A stretch of 64,000 nucleotides of DNA from Candidatus Latescibacterota bacterium (GTDB lineage: Bacteria; Latescibacterota; UBA2968; GCA-2709665): the NCBI GenBank assembly GCA_965219455.1, contig OZ244744.1:5056001-5120000 (forward strand), written 5' to 3'. The translations under genes and the position numbers were made by a program. The notes under the pieces are model-generated. The model was not told the DNA's origin. It searched no databases and saw only the letters and a program-made list of their open reading frames with translations. Positions 1 to 9,715 of the stretch are shown piece by piece. Position 1 is the first letter of the stretch, and every line of letters begins with the position of its first letter.

Positions 1-214
1 TACGGGCAAGATCAGCGATGCGGATATCGCGGCGTTGATCCGCCCGCATTTCGAGTTACGGCCGTCTGGCATCATCCGGGCTCTGAAACTGCTGCGCCCT
101 GTGTATGAATCCACCGCCGCCTACGGGCATTTCGGGCGGAAAGGGGATGGGTTTACCTGGGAACGAACGGACAAGGCGGAAGCCCTGAAGGAGGCCGCGA
201 GAAAGCTGGTGTAA
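1..214 (+). CDS. metK: S-adenosylmethionine synthetase, 3' end (partial)
   Basis: Frame 2 reads [48 protein letters not shown], ending at TAA 212-214. This is the typical MetK C-terminus; it lies directly upstream of ahcY. Confidence 0.92.
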   Translation, partial: TGKISDADIAALIRPHFELRPSGIIRALKLLRPVYESTAAYGHFGRKGDGFTWERTDKAEALKEAARKLV

Positions 215-241
215 CCATCCGAGGATGGAGAGGAGACAGAC

Positions 242-1492
242 GTGGGGTACGAGGTTAGGGATATTGGTCTGGCGGAACAAGGGTTCAGAAATATCGAGTG
301 GGCCGAGAAGCAGATGGGCGCCCTGCTGAAGATACGGAAACGCTTCGAGCAGGAAAAGCCGCTCAGGGGATACCGGATTGGCATGGCGCTCCATGTTACC
401 AAGGAGACCGCGGTGCTGGTGCGCACGCTGCGGGCCGGCGGCGCCACCGTATCGATAACCGGCTGCAATCCGCTTTCCACGCAGGACGACGTGGCGGCGG
501 CGCTCGCTTCCGAGGACGTCGCGGTTTATGCCTACAAGGGTGAGACGCGGGAGGACTATTACCGGTATCTCCGCGCGGTTATCGAGACCCGGCCGCATGT
601 GACCATCGACGACGGCTGCGACCTGGTGAACGAGGTGCACACGAATTACCCGGATCAGATTCCGGAAATTATCTGCGGTTGTGAAGAGACCACAACGGGC
701 ATTGTCCGCCTACGCGCAATGGAGAAGGACAATGCGTTGAAATATCCCATCATTGCCGTTAACGATTGCGACACCAAACACCTGATGGACAATTTCTATG
801 GAACGGGGCAGTCGGCGCTGGACGGCGTTGTGCGGGCGTCCAACCTCTTGATCAGCGGCAGCGCAGTCGTTGTTGTGGGCTATGGCAGTTGTGGCAAGGG
901 CGTGGCTTCAAGGGCGCGAGGATTGGGAGCAGAGGTTATTGTCACGGAAGTGGAACCCTTTCGAGCGCTGCAGGCGCGGATGGACGGGTTCCGGGTGATG
1001 CCGATGGCGCTCGCGGCCGAGATCGGCGATTTGTTCGTCACGGTCACCGGTAACAAGCATGTCGTCAACGTGGAACATATGAAGGTCATGAAGGACGGGG
1101 CGGTGGTGGCCAATGCCGGCCATTTCGATCTGGAAATCGACGTGGACGGGCTCGAGGCGATGGCAGAAAAGAAGGAGGAAGTGCGGCCTCTTTTTCACGA
1201 ATATACCCTGGACAGTCGCTCGCTGTTCCTGTGTGGCGAGGGCCGTCTCGTGAACCTGGCCTGTGCGGAGGGACATCCGTCCACCGTGATGTCACTGTCG
1301 TTCTGCGATCAGGCCCTCGGGGTGGAATACGGCATCAAGAACGCCGATTCACTGGAGCCCAGGGTCTACCAGTTGCCCGACGAGATTGACCGGGAGGTTG
1401 CCCGGCTGCAACTCGAGGCGATGGACATTCAGATTGATTCGCTCACCTCAGACCAGGAGCGGTATCTCAGTTCCTGGCAAGAAGGCACGTAA
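242..1492 (+). CDS. ahcY: Adenosylhomocysteinase
   Basis: Motifs NPLSTQDDVAAAL, DDGCD, EETTTG, GYGSCGKG, NAGHFD and GRLVNL..AEGHP; GGAG RBS before the GTG start. Confidence 0.97.
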   Translation: MGYEVRDIGLAEQGFRNIEWAEKQMGALLKIRKRFEQEKPLRGYRIGMALHVTKETAVLVRTLRAGGATVSITGCNPLSTQDDVAAALASEDVAVYAYKGETREDYYRYLRAVIETRPHVTIDDGCDLVNEVHTNYPDQIPEIICGCEETTTGIVRLRAMEKDNALKYPIIAVNDCDTKHLMDNFYGTGQSALDGVVRASNLLISGSAVVVVGYGSCGKGVASRARGLGAEVIVTEVEPFRALQARMDGFRVMPMALAAEIGDLFVTVTGNKHVVNVEHMKVMKDGAVVANAGHFDLEIDVDGLEAMAEKKEEVRPLFHEYTLDSRSLFLCGEGRLVNLACAEGHPSTVMSLSFCDQALGVEYGIKNADSLEPRVYQLPDEIDREVARLQLEAMDIQIDSLTSDQERYLSSWQEGT

Positions 1493-1608
1493 ACCGGCCG
1501 ATCCGTCCCGGCACCGTATTGTATTCCCGAACGTGTTTTGGGTCCTGCGAACCGCGCCGGTCCGTCGCCCGACCGCTGCAAGACGGTCCCGGACCCGCGA
1601 TTGAAGGA

Positions 1609-1637
1609 GCCCCGGAGAGAGATCCCCGGGGCCTTTT
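1609..1637. terminator. Intrinsic terminator between convergent ahcY and the OMP gene
   Basis: GCCCCGG...CCGGGGC stem followed by CTTTT. Confidence 0.55.
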
Positions 1638-1671
1638 CATTGACCGCTGCGGCGGCGTCACAGGGGTCGAA

Positions 1672-2808
1672 TCAGAGATCGAATCTGAGTCTGACGGAAA
1701 GGGTCCAGGCGCCATCGGACCTGTCCAGCCGGCGGACGACGTTCAGTCGGAGGAGCTGCCGGGGAAGTGCAACGCCCAGGCCGGTACTTGTCTTGAAGGA
1801 CCTGAAGCCAAGGTCTCCGAATCCTTCGAACAGGTAGGCGGATTCCGGCGCCAGTCCGGTCCATCCGGTATCCGCGAAGACGGTAAGGTTGAGCAGATGG
1901 AAACCTCTAATGGGGATTCGCGTCAGGACGTCGCCGCGGAAGGCATATTCGAAGTTGAAAAAAACCAGTCGATTGGCGGGGAATTCCTTGATGTCGTATC
2001 CGCGCAGGGTGCCGACGCCGCCGAGCCCGAAAAGGAATTGCGGCGCCGTGCTTTCTCGGGTGCTCAGCCGGGCCCGGACAATCAGGCCCTGTCTTCCGAA
2101 ATTGACCTTCTGATAGCGTTTGGCCTCCATGGTGAGTCCGTGGAAGGCGAAGTCCCGAAGGCCGCGTTCGTAGTTTACTCTGCCGTACCAGGCATTTCGG
2201 AAGAGCGGGCTCCTGACGCGTGTGTCGACCACAACCCCGGCGTGCAGCACGCCGACGTCGCCGGTCCGGGCAGGCGGGTTGACTCGAAATGGCCGGCCGT
2301 GGAAGAACAGGCTCCAGGCCGTTCTGACCGGCATGGGCTCGCATCGGTACGCGCTGAGGCCGCCCAGGAGGACAAGCGTTCGTCGTGGCCTGAAGGAAAC
2401 GTTCGTTGCGAATCCGTTTTTCGCCCGGAAGTAGTCACGGTGGTCCCATTTGAAGAGGACACTGAACAGGCTGTTTTCGATCGTACCGACGATGTCCCGA
2501 TCGTGCGTATCGGTTCTGTCGAAAACGGCGACGGTGAGGCCGGCTCCCGGTCCGCGGTAGTCCACGCCGGCTTCCCACCTGGGCGAGGCGCTGGCGAAGC
2601 CATATCCGCTTTCCGCGAAGACTGTGAGTCGCGGCCGATCTTTCTGGCTGACGGAAAGGCGATACCCCAGGTAGGAACCCTCCACGCGATTGTATCTTAT
2701 TTGGGCGCCGCGGTAGAGTTTCTCCAACCAGGAGAAGTTTTCCGGCTGCGCATGGGCATCGGAGATCCAGGCAAGGATCGGGAGAAGGATAAGAAATGCT
2801 GCTTTCAA
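1672..2808 (-). CDS. Omp85/BamA-TamA-type beta-barrel outer membrane protein, no POTRA domain evident
   Basis: Signal peptide (AHA), amphipathic beta-strands, LRGY loop motif (GTLRGYD), C-terminal RLRFDL. Confidence 0.65.
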   Translation of the reverse strand: MKAAFLILLPILAWISDAHAQPENFSWLEKLYRGAQIRYNRVEGSYLGYRLSVSQKDRPRLTVFAESGYGFASASPRWEAGVDYRGPGAGLTVAVFDRTDTHDRDIVGTIENSLFSVLFKWDHRDYFRAKNGFATNVSFRPRRTLVLLGGLSAYRCEPMPVRTAWSLFFHGRPFRVNPPARTGDVGVLHAGVVVDTRVRSPLFRNAWYGRVNYERGLRDFAFHGLTMEAKRYQKVNFGRQGLIVRARLSTRESTAPQFLFGLGGVGTLRGYDIKEFPANRLVFFNFEYAFRGDVLTRIPIRGFHLLNLTVFADTGWTGLAPESAYLFEGFGDLGFRSFKTSTGLGVALPRQLLRLNVVRRLDRSDGAWTLSVRLRFDL

Positions 2809-2880
2809 GCGAAGTCTCTTGGCGCGGACTGACTGATCCTGACGTCCGCATTTTCAGAAGCGTGACCATCTCCTGCCCTG

Positions 2881-4263
2881 TCAGCGCTCGATATGGTAGT
2901 ACTTGATTTTCTTGTGGAGGTTTGTGCGGTCAACGCCCAGCAATCTGGCGGCCCTCGTGACGTTCCAGGCGTTGTCTTTCAACGCATCCGTAATGTAGGT
3001 CTTTTCGACGGCTTCACGGACTTCATGGAGGCTTTTTCCGGACTCGACTCCTGGCAGTGGAGTGACCGCGCCCGGGGTCTCGCCGGCACGGGCGAGTTGT
3101 GGGCCGTCCAGTCCTGGCAGGTGATGGACGTCGACCGTCTCTTCGGTGACCATGATGGAGAGGCGTTCTATCAGGTTCTTGAGTTCCCTGATATTGCCTG
3201 GCCAGCCGTAGTTCTTCAGAGCCTCCATCGCGACGGGGGTGAGGTCCTTGGGGCGGAAATCGTTTTCTTCGGCATACCCCTTGAGAAAATGTTCCGACAG
3301 CAGGGGTATGTCTTCCTTTCGATCCCTCAGCGGCGGGGCCGTGATGGGCACGACATTGAGCCTGAAGTAGAGATCCTCGCGGAAATCCCCGTTCTCAACC
3401 TGTTGTTGAAGGTTCTTGTTGGTTGCGGCGATCACCCGCACATCCACTTTCAGGGTCTTCGACCCGCCAACCCGCTCGAATTCCCCCTGCTCGAGGGCAC
3501 GCAATACCTTGGCCTGGACGCTCAGGCTCATGTCGCCGATTTCATCCAGGAATAGCGTTCCGCCATCCGCAAGCAGGAACTTCCCATCGCGGGTTTTCAC
3601 CGAGCCCGTAAACGCGCCGCGGTCGCTGCCGAACAGTTCGCTCTCGATGAGCTCCTCAGGAATCGCAGCACAGTTGACCTTGACGAACGGACCCCCGGAC
3701 CGCCGGCTGTTTCGGTGGATATCCCTGGCAACCAGTTCTTTGCCGGTACCGCTTTCACCCAGGATGAGGACACGTCCGTTCGTTGGAGCGACCTTCCCGA
3801 TCTGTTCGCGTACGGACGCGATGGCATTGCTTTTGCCCACCATCTCGAAACGCGTCTCGAACTTTCGGCGCAGATTGCGATTTTCTTCCGTGAGTTCGAC
3901 ACTCTCGAGAGCGTGGGAGAGGGTAAGCAGCACTTTTTCCCGGGAAAGCGGCTTTTCCAGGAAATCATAGGCTCCCAGTTTCGTCGCCACGACCGCGTCG
4001 TGGACGGTCCCGTGACCGGATATCATAATGACGGCCAGGTTCGGGTAGCTCTGCCGGGCGGTCTTCAGGATTTCAATCCCGTCTGATCCGGGCAGGACAA
4101 TATCCAGCAGGACCACCTGCGGCGACTCGGATTTCATCGCGGCCAGGGCTTCCGTGCCGGAGGCCGCGCAGAGAACCCGGTAACCTTCGGCCGAAAGGAT
4201 CATCTCAAGGGACCGCCGTATGTTGCGTTCGTCGTCCACCACCAGAATGGTTGGTTCCGTCAT
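2881..4263 (-). CDS. ntrX: Sigma54-dependent response regulator (NtrX/NtrC family)
   Basis: Receiver domain (VVDDE, LLDI, KP), GESGTGKE, GAFTGS, FLDEI, WPGNIREL and Fis HTH; follows an NtrY-like kinase. Confidence 0.85.
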   Translation of the reverse strand: MTEPTILVVDDERNIRRSLEMILSAEGYRVLCAASGTEALAAMKSESPQVVLLDIVLPGSDGIEILKTARQSYPNLAVIMISGHGTVHDAVVATKLGAYDFLEKPLSREKVLLTLSHALESVELTEENRNLRRKFETRFEMVGKSNAIASVREQIGKVAPTNGRVLILGESGTGKELVARDIHRNSRRSGGPFVKVNCAAIPEELIESELFGSDRGAFTGSVKTRDGKFLLADGGTLFLDEIGDMSLSVQAKVLRALEQGEFERVGGSKTLKVDVRVIAATNKNLQQQVENGDFREDLYFRLNVVPITAPPLRDRKEDIPLLSEHFLKGYAEENDFRPKDLTPVAMEALKNYGWPGNIRELKNLIERLSIMVTEETVDVHHLPGLDGPQLARAGETPGAVTPLPGVESGKSLHEVREAVEKTYITDALKDNAWNVTRAARLLGVDRTNLHKKIKYYHIER

Positions 4264-5756
4264 ATCCTCTCCTCCGGCTCTCTTGTCTGTTCCATGGGAA
4301 TGGGCAGCGTAATCTCAAACTGCGCGCCCCCTCGTGGCGCTCTCGCCGCGACGATCTGGCCGCCATGGCTCTCGACGATGCTGCGGACCACGGCCAGCCC
4401 CATGCCCATTCCACTTTGTTTGGAAGACACATGCGGCTGAAAGATGCGCTCCCGGTCCCTTTCGGGCACGCCGGGGCCCGAGTCCACGACCAGGAGTCTG
4501 ACCGCATTCGGATGACTTTCGGTCTGAATGACGATCCGGCCCTCCTGGCCGGCGGCTTCCAGGCCGTTTTCGATCAGGTTGATGAGTACGCGGCGCATCT
4601 GTTCGGTGTCGAGATCCAGTTCGGGAATCTCCGGCGTGAGTTCGAGTGCCACTCCGGCTTCGGGATAGAGCCGCACGATATCGATAATCACACCGTTCAG
4701 ACTGTGTCTTCCAAGGGACAGCGAAGGCATGCGCGCGAAGTCGGCGAATTCCTGCACCAGTTTTCTCAGGCTCTCCACCTCTTCCGTTACGATTTCAGTG
4801 CAGTCCTGAACAAGCTTCCTGTAGGTAGGATCTTCGCCCGGATATTTGTCCCGGATTTGCTGGACCGTGAGCTGAATCGGTGTCAGCGGGTTCTTGATTT
4901 CGTGGGCCAGGCGCCGGGCAATTTCACGCCAGGCCACGATTTTTTCGGCCTCGACTCGCTGCTTTCGGTTCTGCGTCAGATCTTCCGCCATCCGATTGAA
5001 GGAACCGATCAGAAGCCCTATTTCGTCGTCCCGTCCGGGAGGAATACGGTAGTCCAGGTTGTCCCGGGCCAGTTCGCGGGTGCCTTTGACGAGTTCATCC
5101 AGCGGATGGGTGACGCGGAAGCCGATGCGAACACCCATCAGGCAGGCCAGCAGGAGCAGGACAATGGTTGCAACCAGGAAATAAAAGACAAACTCCCCCC
5201 GAAGGTCGCGCCCGATCATCCGAAGGTACTGATGGGCCTGGACAGCCTGCTCAACACGATGCAGTTCAGCCATGGGGCTTGTGATGACGAGGGCCGCGTC
5301 GGTCGGTCCATTCTGTCGTGCGGGTACGAAGAGTTCCAGGGACGCATCGCGTCCGCCGGCCCTGCGCACCGCGGGGCTGGAAGCAGACGCTTGCAGGTTG
5401 AGCGAGGCTATTTCCTCCTCAACCGCAAACCGAACGCGGGTGTCATCCAGACCATATTTGTCCAGGAAGGTGCGGATTGGCTGAAGGTCTTGCGTACGAA
5501 AGGCTTCCGATGGCAACGGGGATTGGAACAGGCGATTCCCGATGTCGGTAAGTGCGGATTTGCGCCGTTCGTAGTGATCCCTCGCCAATTCAACAGCGTC
5601 GTTCAATGCCAGGCCGGTGCTTGTGCTGATGTTGTCCTGTAACCGCAGGCTGGATTCAAGAAAATGCTGCGCAAGCAGAGATAATGCCAGTGTGGTGCCC
5701 AGCGTCAGGGCGATGAGGGCGATGATGATGCGCCAGCGCAGGGGTAGGGATCTCAT
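4260..5756 (-). CDS. ntrY: HAMP sensor histidine kinase (NtrY-like)
   Basis: Two TM segments, HAMP, WREIARRLAHEIKNPLTPIQL H-box and HATPase. ATG 5756 overlaps the upstream stop (ATGA). Confidence 0.85.
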   Translation of the reverse strand: MRSLPLRWRIIIALIALTLGTTLALSLLAQHFLESSLRLQDNISTSTGLALNDAVELARDHYERRKSALTDIGNRLFQSPLPSEAFRTQDLQPIRTFLDKYGLDDTRVRFAVEEEIASLNLQASASSPAVRRAGGRDASLELFVPARQNGPTDAALVITSPMAELHRVEQAVQAHQYLRMIGRDLRGEFVFYFLVATIVLLLLACLMGVRIGFRVTHPLDELVKGTRELARDNLDYRIPPGRDDEIGLLIGSFNRMAEDLTQNRKQRVEAEKIVAWREIARRLAHEIKNPLTPIQLTVQQIRDKYPGEDPTYRKLVQDCTEIVTEEVESLRKLVQEFADFARMPSLSLGRHSLNGVIIDIVRLYPEAGVALELTPEIPELDLDTEQMRRVLINLIENGLEAAGQEGRIVIQTESHPNAVRLLVVDSGPGVPERDRERIFQPHVSSKQSGMGMGLAVVRSIVESHGGQIVAARAPRGGAQFEITLPIPMEQTREPEERI

Positions 5757-6379
5757 TGCAGATCCTCCGGCGAAAATTGGCTTATTTCGATCCACGGCGT
5801 CCGTTCCGAGGGGCGGTCCAGTGAGAAGAAAAGCTCCAACAGGCTTCCTTTTTGCAGGACATTGAGCCATCGGCGACTACGCTGCTCCTGTTCGATGGAA
5901 ATGGGGGTGACGCCAACGCGAAGACGCAGCTGGAAGTTACGCCCTTCGGGCAGTGGCCCGAACGCGAGCCCATGGAACGTCGAACAGAAAATTCTGACAC
6001 TGTCGAAATTGGTGGTCTGGAGGGTATCCCGCCGGCCGGCCTCACGCACAACCTGGTACCGTCCTTCCCAGATGTCGTGGTCCAGGCGCAGGCCGACGGC
6101 GAACTCTCTTGCTTTCGACTGCCGTTCCGAATCCAACCGGAATTCCATGACCGCGGAGGTGATCAGTCCGGACGCGATGGCGTCCAGCGCACGCCGGGAA
6201 AACAGAGAATCCAGTTTGACATCCAGTCTGAGCGTGTCCGCCTGCAGGTACAGCGTCCGGGCGGCGATAACGACGTCCCCGGCGTCGGAGCGCCCCGGGA
6301 ATACCACAAAAAAAAAGAGGCACGCGCAGATGGTAACGCTTCGCCCGAAAGCCTCGGCTGTGCCTCTATAAGTGTACAT
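5753..6379 (-). CDS. DUF4390-type periplasmic protein (NtrZ-like)
   Basis: Signal-like N-terminus, ALDAIASG and DIWEGRY pattern; position directly before ntrYX is typical. Confidence 0.65.
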   Translation of the reverse strand: MYTYRGTAEAFGRSVTICACLFFFVVFPGRSDAGDVVIAARTLYLQADTLRLDVKLDSLFSRRALDAIASGLITSAVMEFRLDSERQSKAREFAVGLRLDHDIWEGRYQVVREAGRRDTLQTTNFDSVRIFCSTFHGLAFGPLPEGRNFQLRLRVGVTPISIEQEQRSRRWLNVLQKGSLLELFFSLDRPSERTPWIEISQFSPEDLQ

Positions 6380-6442
6380 TTTGGGAGATTGGTGAGGTTC
6401 TTGTCGTCTGGGAACGTAACCGGGTATGTGGGTCGCTGAATC

Positions 6443-6457
6443 GCAGATTACGTGCCA
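6443..6457 (-). promoter_or_regulatory. Candidate sigma54 -24/-12 promoter for ntrZYX
   Basis: Minus strand reads TGGCACGTAATCTGC (GG-N10-GC, perfect TGGCACG), about 65 bp upstream of the first gene. Confidence 0.6.
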
Positions 6458-6577
6458 CTTTGATCTGGATTTCCGGCCTCTGTATTCAGCAGGTTCAGTC
6501 AGGACCGCCCCCTACGTTTTCGGGTGATCCTTCCAGGGGACGGATTCATCCCCGCTTCGCAACCCGATCAAACCGAC

Positions 6578-7867
6578 TCATAAGCCCATATTAATACCGC
6601 CGAACCGGTGGAATTTGACAATTAGAGTGCCCCTTTTCAAGCCGTAGCTGATATCGATCCGGTTAAACAGCAACGCGCCGATACCATAGGTACCGTTTGA
6701 GTCCCGGAGATGCTTTTCCGCGACCGGCCTACGAATCGCTGCCCACTCGGCAAAGCAATAGATCCTGCCGATCGGCCGGGTTGCAATCGCATAGACACCT
6801 TCAATTGAAACAAACTCCGTGCCGCCCTCGGGGCCTATCGCGCGTCGTTCGAACCCCCTGAGTTGATTTTGGCCGTCCAGGTAGAACCGCTCGAAGAACG
6901 GCGGCGATCCAAAAATCAACCCCGCTCGTCCACCAACGCTCAGGCTCTGTCCGGGCAGGGTCGCAAAATGGCGGTAGGCCTCCACTCTGGACCGGAGGTA
7001 GCTCGGGTTGGTGCCCAGGGCGCCGGGGGCGTAGTCCAGCCGGAAGTTGAGATCGAATCCCGGTGCGTTGCCCCAGAACCTCGATGCGGGCTGGCGGTAG
7101 AGTTCGATGCCGAAGGTGGATATGGGCGTGCGGCCCAGTGCCGAGCTGACTTCCCGGGTGAACTCGGGGCCCGAAATGAAGACCTCCGGCTCGTCGAAGT
7201 CGTTGACGCGAATCTCGTCGAAGGCGTAACGGACAACCAGCCGGTATTTCTCGCTGATCGGCTTACCAACGCCAACCGCGCCGCCGATTCTGTCCAGGTC
7301 GTACAGGCCGCGCTTGAGCGGGTCGGAACTGCGATACATGTCCCTGTCGGCTCGTGAAAAAAGGGCTTTCACGTGAAGGGAGATACAGTCGCTGGTGAGC
7401 CAGGGGTCGGTGTAGCTGAATCCGAAGCGCGTCAGACGTTCGCCAAGCGAATACTCGGCGCCAACGGTTTTGCCCTCTCCCCCGAGATTGACGTGGTAGG
7501 CGTCGGCGGCAAGCCCGAATCCGTCCAGTTCGGTGTATTCGAAACTGACGCCGACGTCGCCGAACCGTTTCTCGTCGACGTAAACCACCAGAACGGCCTT
7601 GCCCTGTTCCGTGCCGGGCTTTGGCGCAACGTGCACCGTTCGGAAGAGGCGGGTGCGGTACAGAGACTCCCGGCTGGCATCCAGTCTGCCGGGTGTGAGC
7701 CGGTCACCCTTGTGGATCGGAAGGGATCGAAGGATAATGTCGGCCTTTGTCTTGTGATTCCCGCGAACCTCAATTCGTTCGACCACGTATCCGGTTGCAT
7801 CCTGGGCGTACAATGAGGAATACGTGCTGGCGAAAAGGAGGGAGAGAAGAACAATCGTGCGCCACAT
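6578..7867 (-). CDS. Omp85/BamA-TamA family protein with a single POTRA domain
   Basis: Start at MWRTIVLL (signal peptide), POTRA (VERIEVRGNHKTK..LFRTV..VYVDEK), YTDPW and LRGF motif. The ORF-track N-terminal extension runs through a MITE. Confidence 0.8.
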   Translation of the reverse strand: MWRTIVLLSLLFASTYSSLYAQDATGYVVERIEVRGNHKTKADIILRSLPIHKGDRLTPGRLDASRESLYRTRLFRTVHVAPKPGTEQGKAVLVVYVDEKRFGDVGVSFEYTELDGFGLAADAYHVNLGGEGKTVGAEYSLGERLTRFGFSYTDPWLTSDCISLHVKALFSRADRDMYRSSDPLKRGLYDLDRIGGAVGVGKPISEKYRLVVRYAFDEIRVNDFDEPEVFISGPEFTREVSSALGRTPISTFGIELYRQPASRFWGNAPGFDLNFRLDYAPGALGTNPSYLRSRVEAYRHFATLPGQSLSVGGRAGLIFGSPPFFERFYLDGQNQLRGFERRAIGPEGGTEFVSIEGVYAIATRPIGRIYCFAEWAAIRRPVAEKHLRDSNGTYGIGALLFNRIDISYGLKRGTLIVKFHRFGGINMGL

Positions 7868-7989
7868 CGTGCTCGTGTTCTGTCCCGGAAATAGGTTGCC
7901 TGAATTCGGCCGACGAGTCGCCCGACTCGCGAGGCGCTTGAGCGCAGGCGACCTGCGTAAGGTCTGCGAGCGAAGGCAACGCAGCGAGA

Positions 7990-8022
7990 CCTGCCTGCCG
8001 CGCGTTGTTTGGCGCAGGCAGG
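7990..8022. repeat. 33-bp palindromic insert CCTGCCTGC...GCAGGCAGG
   Basis: Present in MITE copy 1, absent at the equivalent position of copy 2. Confidence 0.75.
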
Positions 8023-8035
8023 CTGGATGAATCGG

Positions 8036-8071
8036 CCTGCCTGTGCGTGCTGTCTCACGCACGCAGACAGG
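8036..8071. repeat. 36-bp palindromic insert CCTGCCTGTGCGTG...CACGCACGCAGACAGG
   Basis: Present in copy 1, absent in copy 2; its right half is retained in copy 3. Confidence 0.75.
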
Positions 8072-8405
8072 CGGGAGAATGGTGAGATATTTCTGGGACA
8101 GAACACTAACCTCCGCTGGAATCCGTCCACCACGTTCAGAGAGGTTAATCAAAGTGCGCAAAAACCGTACCAGGATGACAGCAGCACGTCAGACCCGAAT
8201 GGGACTCAAAATCAATCATTTGCGTCGAAAACAAAGATCGGCGCCTGGCCGGATCCTGTGAAAGAATAACACAGATGTGTATATTTTGCAACAGTTTTGT
8301 GGTTTTCGGCGTACGGTCGGGGATCCTGAAAGGGTTCAGGACGGACGTGAGGTTGCAGGCGGGGTTTCCGAAAATTGGAGCAGCAAGTGTTTCCGGGACG
8401 GGGCA

Positions 8406-9401
8406 CTAAAACGCCGATATGGGGGCGATGTCGACCATGGTGCGCAGGCCGGGCGGCGCATGATGGATGACTGGAATGGCATTGGTAACGATTGAACACG
8501 TGGCGACGTCTCCGTTGATTCCGCCGGCAATCGTGAGATCGATTTCCGGGGTGCCGAGGATGTGGATGCGGTCTCTGGGGTGCGTTTCGCCCACGGATGC
8601 GCGAAACACGAGCGTGAGGACTTCGCGGTTGCCTGCATAACCCCGGCCGGTCTGGTTTACGCCTGTGGTATCGCCGGCTCGAACCGACCAGTCCTCCCCC
8701 CGCACCACCGTTCGCGCGACGACCGGTTCCACGATATCCTCGGTTTTGTCCAGACGCCAACCGAGTCCGGATGCAACCATGTGCATGGACTGGGTCAATC
8801 CGACGTGGCGGATTTGACGGCACCTGACACGCTCCTCGAAGGATTCGACGGAAAGACCGGCGCCTATTTTTTGACGGAAAGGCAGGCGCCGAAGGGAGGC
8901 GTTCTGAATTCGTTCGATCAGGATGGAGTCCACGTTCCGGCAGACGGCGGTCGCCGCCGTGGGCAGAAAATCCATCAGGAACCCCGGGTTCACGCCCGTG
9001 CCCAGGACTGAGACCCGGTTTACCCTCGCGAGATCGTCGATGCGCCGGGCGAGTTCCGGCTCCGCAACCCAGGGATATGCCAGTTCCTCGCAGGTGGAAA
9101 CGACGTGGAGGCCGCCTTCGATCAATTGTACGAGCGTGGGGAATAGCGCGCGGAGTTCGGACACCGTCGTGAGAACGGCCACGTCGGCGTTGTTCGTTAT
9201 CCCGGCGTCCAATTTTCCCCCGACGGCGACGTCCAACGGCCGATCCAGGTTGTACAGGGTTCCCAGATCCCTGCCGATCTTTGCGGGATCCACGTCGACG
9301 GCGCCGACAAGCTGCAAATTTTCCTTTTCCGTCAGATACGGCCCGAGCATCTGGCCGAGGGGCCCCAGACCGATATGCAGAATGCGAATGGGTTTCGCCA
9401 T
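8406..9401 (-). CDS. DapB-like NAD(P)-dependent amine dehydrogenase (2,4-diaminopentanoate dehydrogenase-like family)
   Basis: GLGPLG Rossmann motif, VVSTCEELAYPW, LGTGVNPGFLMD and GGINGDVAT; start at MAKPIR with GGAG RBS. Confidence 0.8.
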   Translation of the reverse strand: MAKPIRILHIGLGPLGQMLGPYLTEKENLQLVGAVDVDPAKIGRDLGTLYNLDRPLDVAVGGKLDAGITNNADVAVLTTVSELRALFPTLVQLIEGGLHVVSTCEELAYPWVAEPELARRIDDLARVNRVSVLGTGVNPGFLMDFLPTAATAVCRNVDSILIERIQNASLRRLPFRQKIGAGLSVESFEERVRCRQIRHVGLTQSMHMVASGLGWRLDKTEDIVEPVVARTVVRGEDWSVRAGDTTGVNQTGRGYAGNREVLTLVFRASVGETHPRDRIHILGTPEIDLTIAGGINGDVATCSIVTNAIPVIHHAPPGLRTMVDIAPISAF

Positions 9402-9634
9402 CGGGAATGCTCCTTGGGCGTCATGCGAACGTCGTAAAAAGGGAAATGGGCATGGAAAGATCTGTAAACGCGCCGCGTACGGGAGACCGCATCGCCCGGT
9501 ACTGATTGGAAAGAAGACGCCTGGAAGAGGCGCGGAATGAGGTCTCGACCGGGGACTGATGAATATACGATTCAGTCGGATTCGCGCCAAACGAAAATGA
9601 ACAGGTACGGGTGAATCGTCCGTTTGTGAGACGG

Positions 9635-9663
9635 TTGACCGGAGGCCGTTTTGCACTTACCTT
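9635..9663 (+). promoter_or_regulatory. Candidate sigma70 promoter for the lut-like operon
   Basis: TTGACC-17 bp-TACCTT. Confidence 0.45.
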
Positions 9664-9715
9664 GATGGCGCCCGATCCGCATAACGTCGGGGTGTCATCG
9701 AAAGGGGACGGGGTT

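Larger units (their letters stand above)
7875..8106. mobile_element. MITE copy 1 (232 bp) with two nested hairpin insertions
   Basis: 19-bp terminal inverted repeats GTGTTCTGTCCCGGAAATA / TATTTCTGGGACAGAACAC (1 mismatch); non-coding; homologous to 39510-39672. Confidence 0.85.

Noticed and set aside
215-241. SAH riboswitch before ahcY
   Set aside because: Only 27 bp with a small CCATC/GATGG hairpin; too short for the motif.
1519-2832. Long antisense ORFs (also 4251-5642, 48445-49917, 50580-52013, 60219-61448)
   Set aside because: Shadows of well-supported opposite-strand genes in high-GC DNA; no recognisable motifs.
7868-8161. N-terminal extensions of the Omp85 gene (and of the peptidase at 39645 and the DapA-like gene at 45585)
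   Set aside because: They are read-through of MITE sequence; better starts lie downstream.
9556-9596. Hammerhead-like CTGATGA...CGAAA
   Set aside because: No stem II pairing between the core motifs, and no convincing stems I/III.
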